From: Phyllobacteriaceae bacterium
GTDB lineage: Bacteria; Pseudomonadota; Alphaproteobacteria; Rhizobiales; Rhizobiaceae
NCBI GenBank assembly: GCA_002708825.1
Contig: PAPF01000030.1
Span: 59,365 to 123,364 of the forward strand
Direction: 5' to 3'
Length of the DNA: 64,000 nt
Of this stretch, positions 62,836 to 64,000 are shown in pieces (positions within the stretch are counted from its first letter, which is position 1; every line of letters begins with the position of its first letter). The position numbers and the translations under genes were made by a program. Below the pieces are notes generated by a model. The model saw only the letters and a program-made list of their open reading frames with translations, did not search any database and was not told where the DNA came from.

Positions 62836-64000
62836 TCAACCCTCGAACCGCACCAGCAGGTCCTTGGCGTCGATCTGGTCGCCGGACTGCACCAGCACCT
62901 CCGCGACCGTGCCGTCCCGCTCGGCATGAAGCGCCGTTTCCATCTTCATCGCCTCGATGGAGACCAGAACGTCGCCCGCCTTCACCGCCTGCCCGGCGGA
63001 AACCGCCACGGTGGAGATGACGCCCGGCATGGGCGCGCCGACATGGGCCTCGTTGGCGGCATCGGCCTTGGGCCGCGACTTGGCCGCCGATGCGCCGTGG
63101 ATGCGGTCCGGCACCTTCACCCGGCGCGGCTGGCCATTGAGCTCGAAGAAGACCGTACGCATGCCGTTCTCGTCGGTATCGCCGATGGCCAGGCAACGGA
63201 TGACCAGCGTCTTGCCCTTTTCCAGGTCGACGAAGATTTCCTGTTCCTGCTCGATACCGTAGAAATAGACCGGGGTCGGCAGCACGCTGACCGGGCCGTA
63301 TTCCTCCTGTGCATTGGCGAAATCGGTAAAGACCTTCGGATACATCAGCCAGGAGGCGAACTCGAACTCGGTGACCTCGCGGCCGAGCTTTTCCTCTAGT
63401 TCCGCGCGTTTCGCATCGAGGTCGGCGTCGGCAAGCAGGGCGCCGGGCCGCTCCGTATAGGGTTTCTCGCCCTTCAGCGCCTTCTTTTGCAGCCCTTCCG
63501 GCCACCCGGCCGGCGGCTGGCCAAGGTCGCCCTTCAGCATGGCAACCACGGAATCCGGGAAAGCGATGTCCTTCTGCGGATTCTCAACATCGGCAACGCT
63601 CAGGTCCTGGCTCACCATCATCAGCGCCATGTCGCCCACCACCTTGGAGGACGGCGTCACCTTGACGATGTCGCCGAACATCAGGTTGGCGTCGTGATAG
63701 GCGCGCGCGACGTCGTGCCAGCGCGTTTCCAGCCCCAGCGACCGCGCCTGCTCCTTCAGGTTGGTGAACTGGCCACCGGGCATCTCGTGTAGGTAGACCT
63801 CGGAAGCCGGCCCTTTGAGGTCGCTCTCGAAGGCGGCATACTGGTTGCGCACCGCTTCCCAGTAGAACGAGATGCGCCGGATCCATTCCGGATCGAGGCC
63901 GGGATCGCGCCCGGACCCCTTGAGCGCTTCCACGATGGAGCCGAGGCAGGGCTGCGACGTGTTGCCCGACAGCGCATCCATGGCCGCGTCCACGGCATCG
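62836..64000 (-). CDS. pyc: Pyruvate carboxylase, C-terminal part (5' end outside window)
   Basis: HEMPGGQFTNL, IVKVTPSSKVVGD, FFELNGQPR, biotinylation motif EAMKME. Confidence 0.96.
   Translation of the reverse strand, partial: DAVDAAMDALSGNTSQPCLGSIVEALKGSGRDPGLDPEWIRRISFYWEAVRNQYAAFESDLKGPASEVYLHEMPGGQFTNLKEQARSLGLETRWHDVARAYHDANLMFGDIVKVTPSSKVVGDMALMMVSQDLSVADVENPQKDIAFPDSVVAMLKGDLGQPPAGWPEGLQKKALKGEKPYTERPGALLADADLDAKRAELEEKLGREVTEFEFASWLMYPKVFTDFANAQEEYGPVSVLPTPVYFYGIEQEQEIFVDLEKGKTLVIRCLAIGDTDENGMRTVFFELNGQPRRVKVPDRIHGASAAKSRPKADAANEAHVGAPMPGVISTVAVSAGQAVKAGDVLVSIEAMKMETALHAERDGTVAEVLVQSGDQIDAKDLLVRFEG

Overview
High-GC alphaproteobacterial chromosome segment (Rhizobiales/Hyphomicrobiales-like gene content), mostly core genes. 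Left to right: Tat-exported MBL-fold hydrolase; ymdB-ygfA-6S RNA (minus strand); two near-identical tandem small secreted proteins; MoxR ATPase, DUF2161, fatty acid desaturase; SAM-II riboswitch-metA-GNAT; CtrA-boxed minCDE; a divergent HigBA-like toxin-antitoxin pair with twin operators; vWA protein; OafA-like acyltransferase; gapR, DUF1244, N-formylglutamate amidohydrolase, DUF1036, pyk; tkt-gap-pgk; DUF4164-zapA; nitronate monooxygenase, uup, thiN, TPP riboswitch-thiBPQ; M48 protease; SUV3-like helicase-hsp15-fdxA-carD-rpoH2; phbAB-phaR; rpmF, mtgA, ispA; hybrid histidine kinase; lytic transglycosylase, ispG, bdhA; TetR-iorAB; RND pump; DUF3309-GFA; SDR-LysR; 3' part of pyc. I saw no rRNA, tRNA, CRISPR array, IS or prophage. 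The best candidates for undescribed biology are the tandem secreted repeat proteins, the altered HigB-like toxin, a dense GANTC cluster overlapping a LexA-type box upstream of the helicase, a perfect CRP-type box upstream of ymdB, and an inferred ~22 kb inversion separating zapA from 6S RNA. All family calls come from motif recognition, not database searches.
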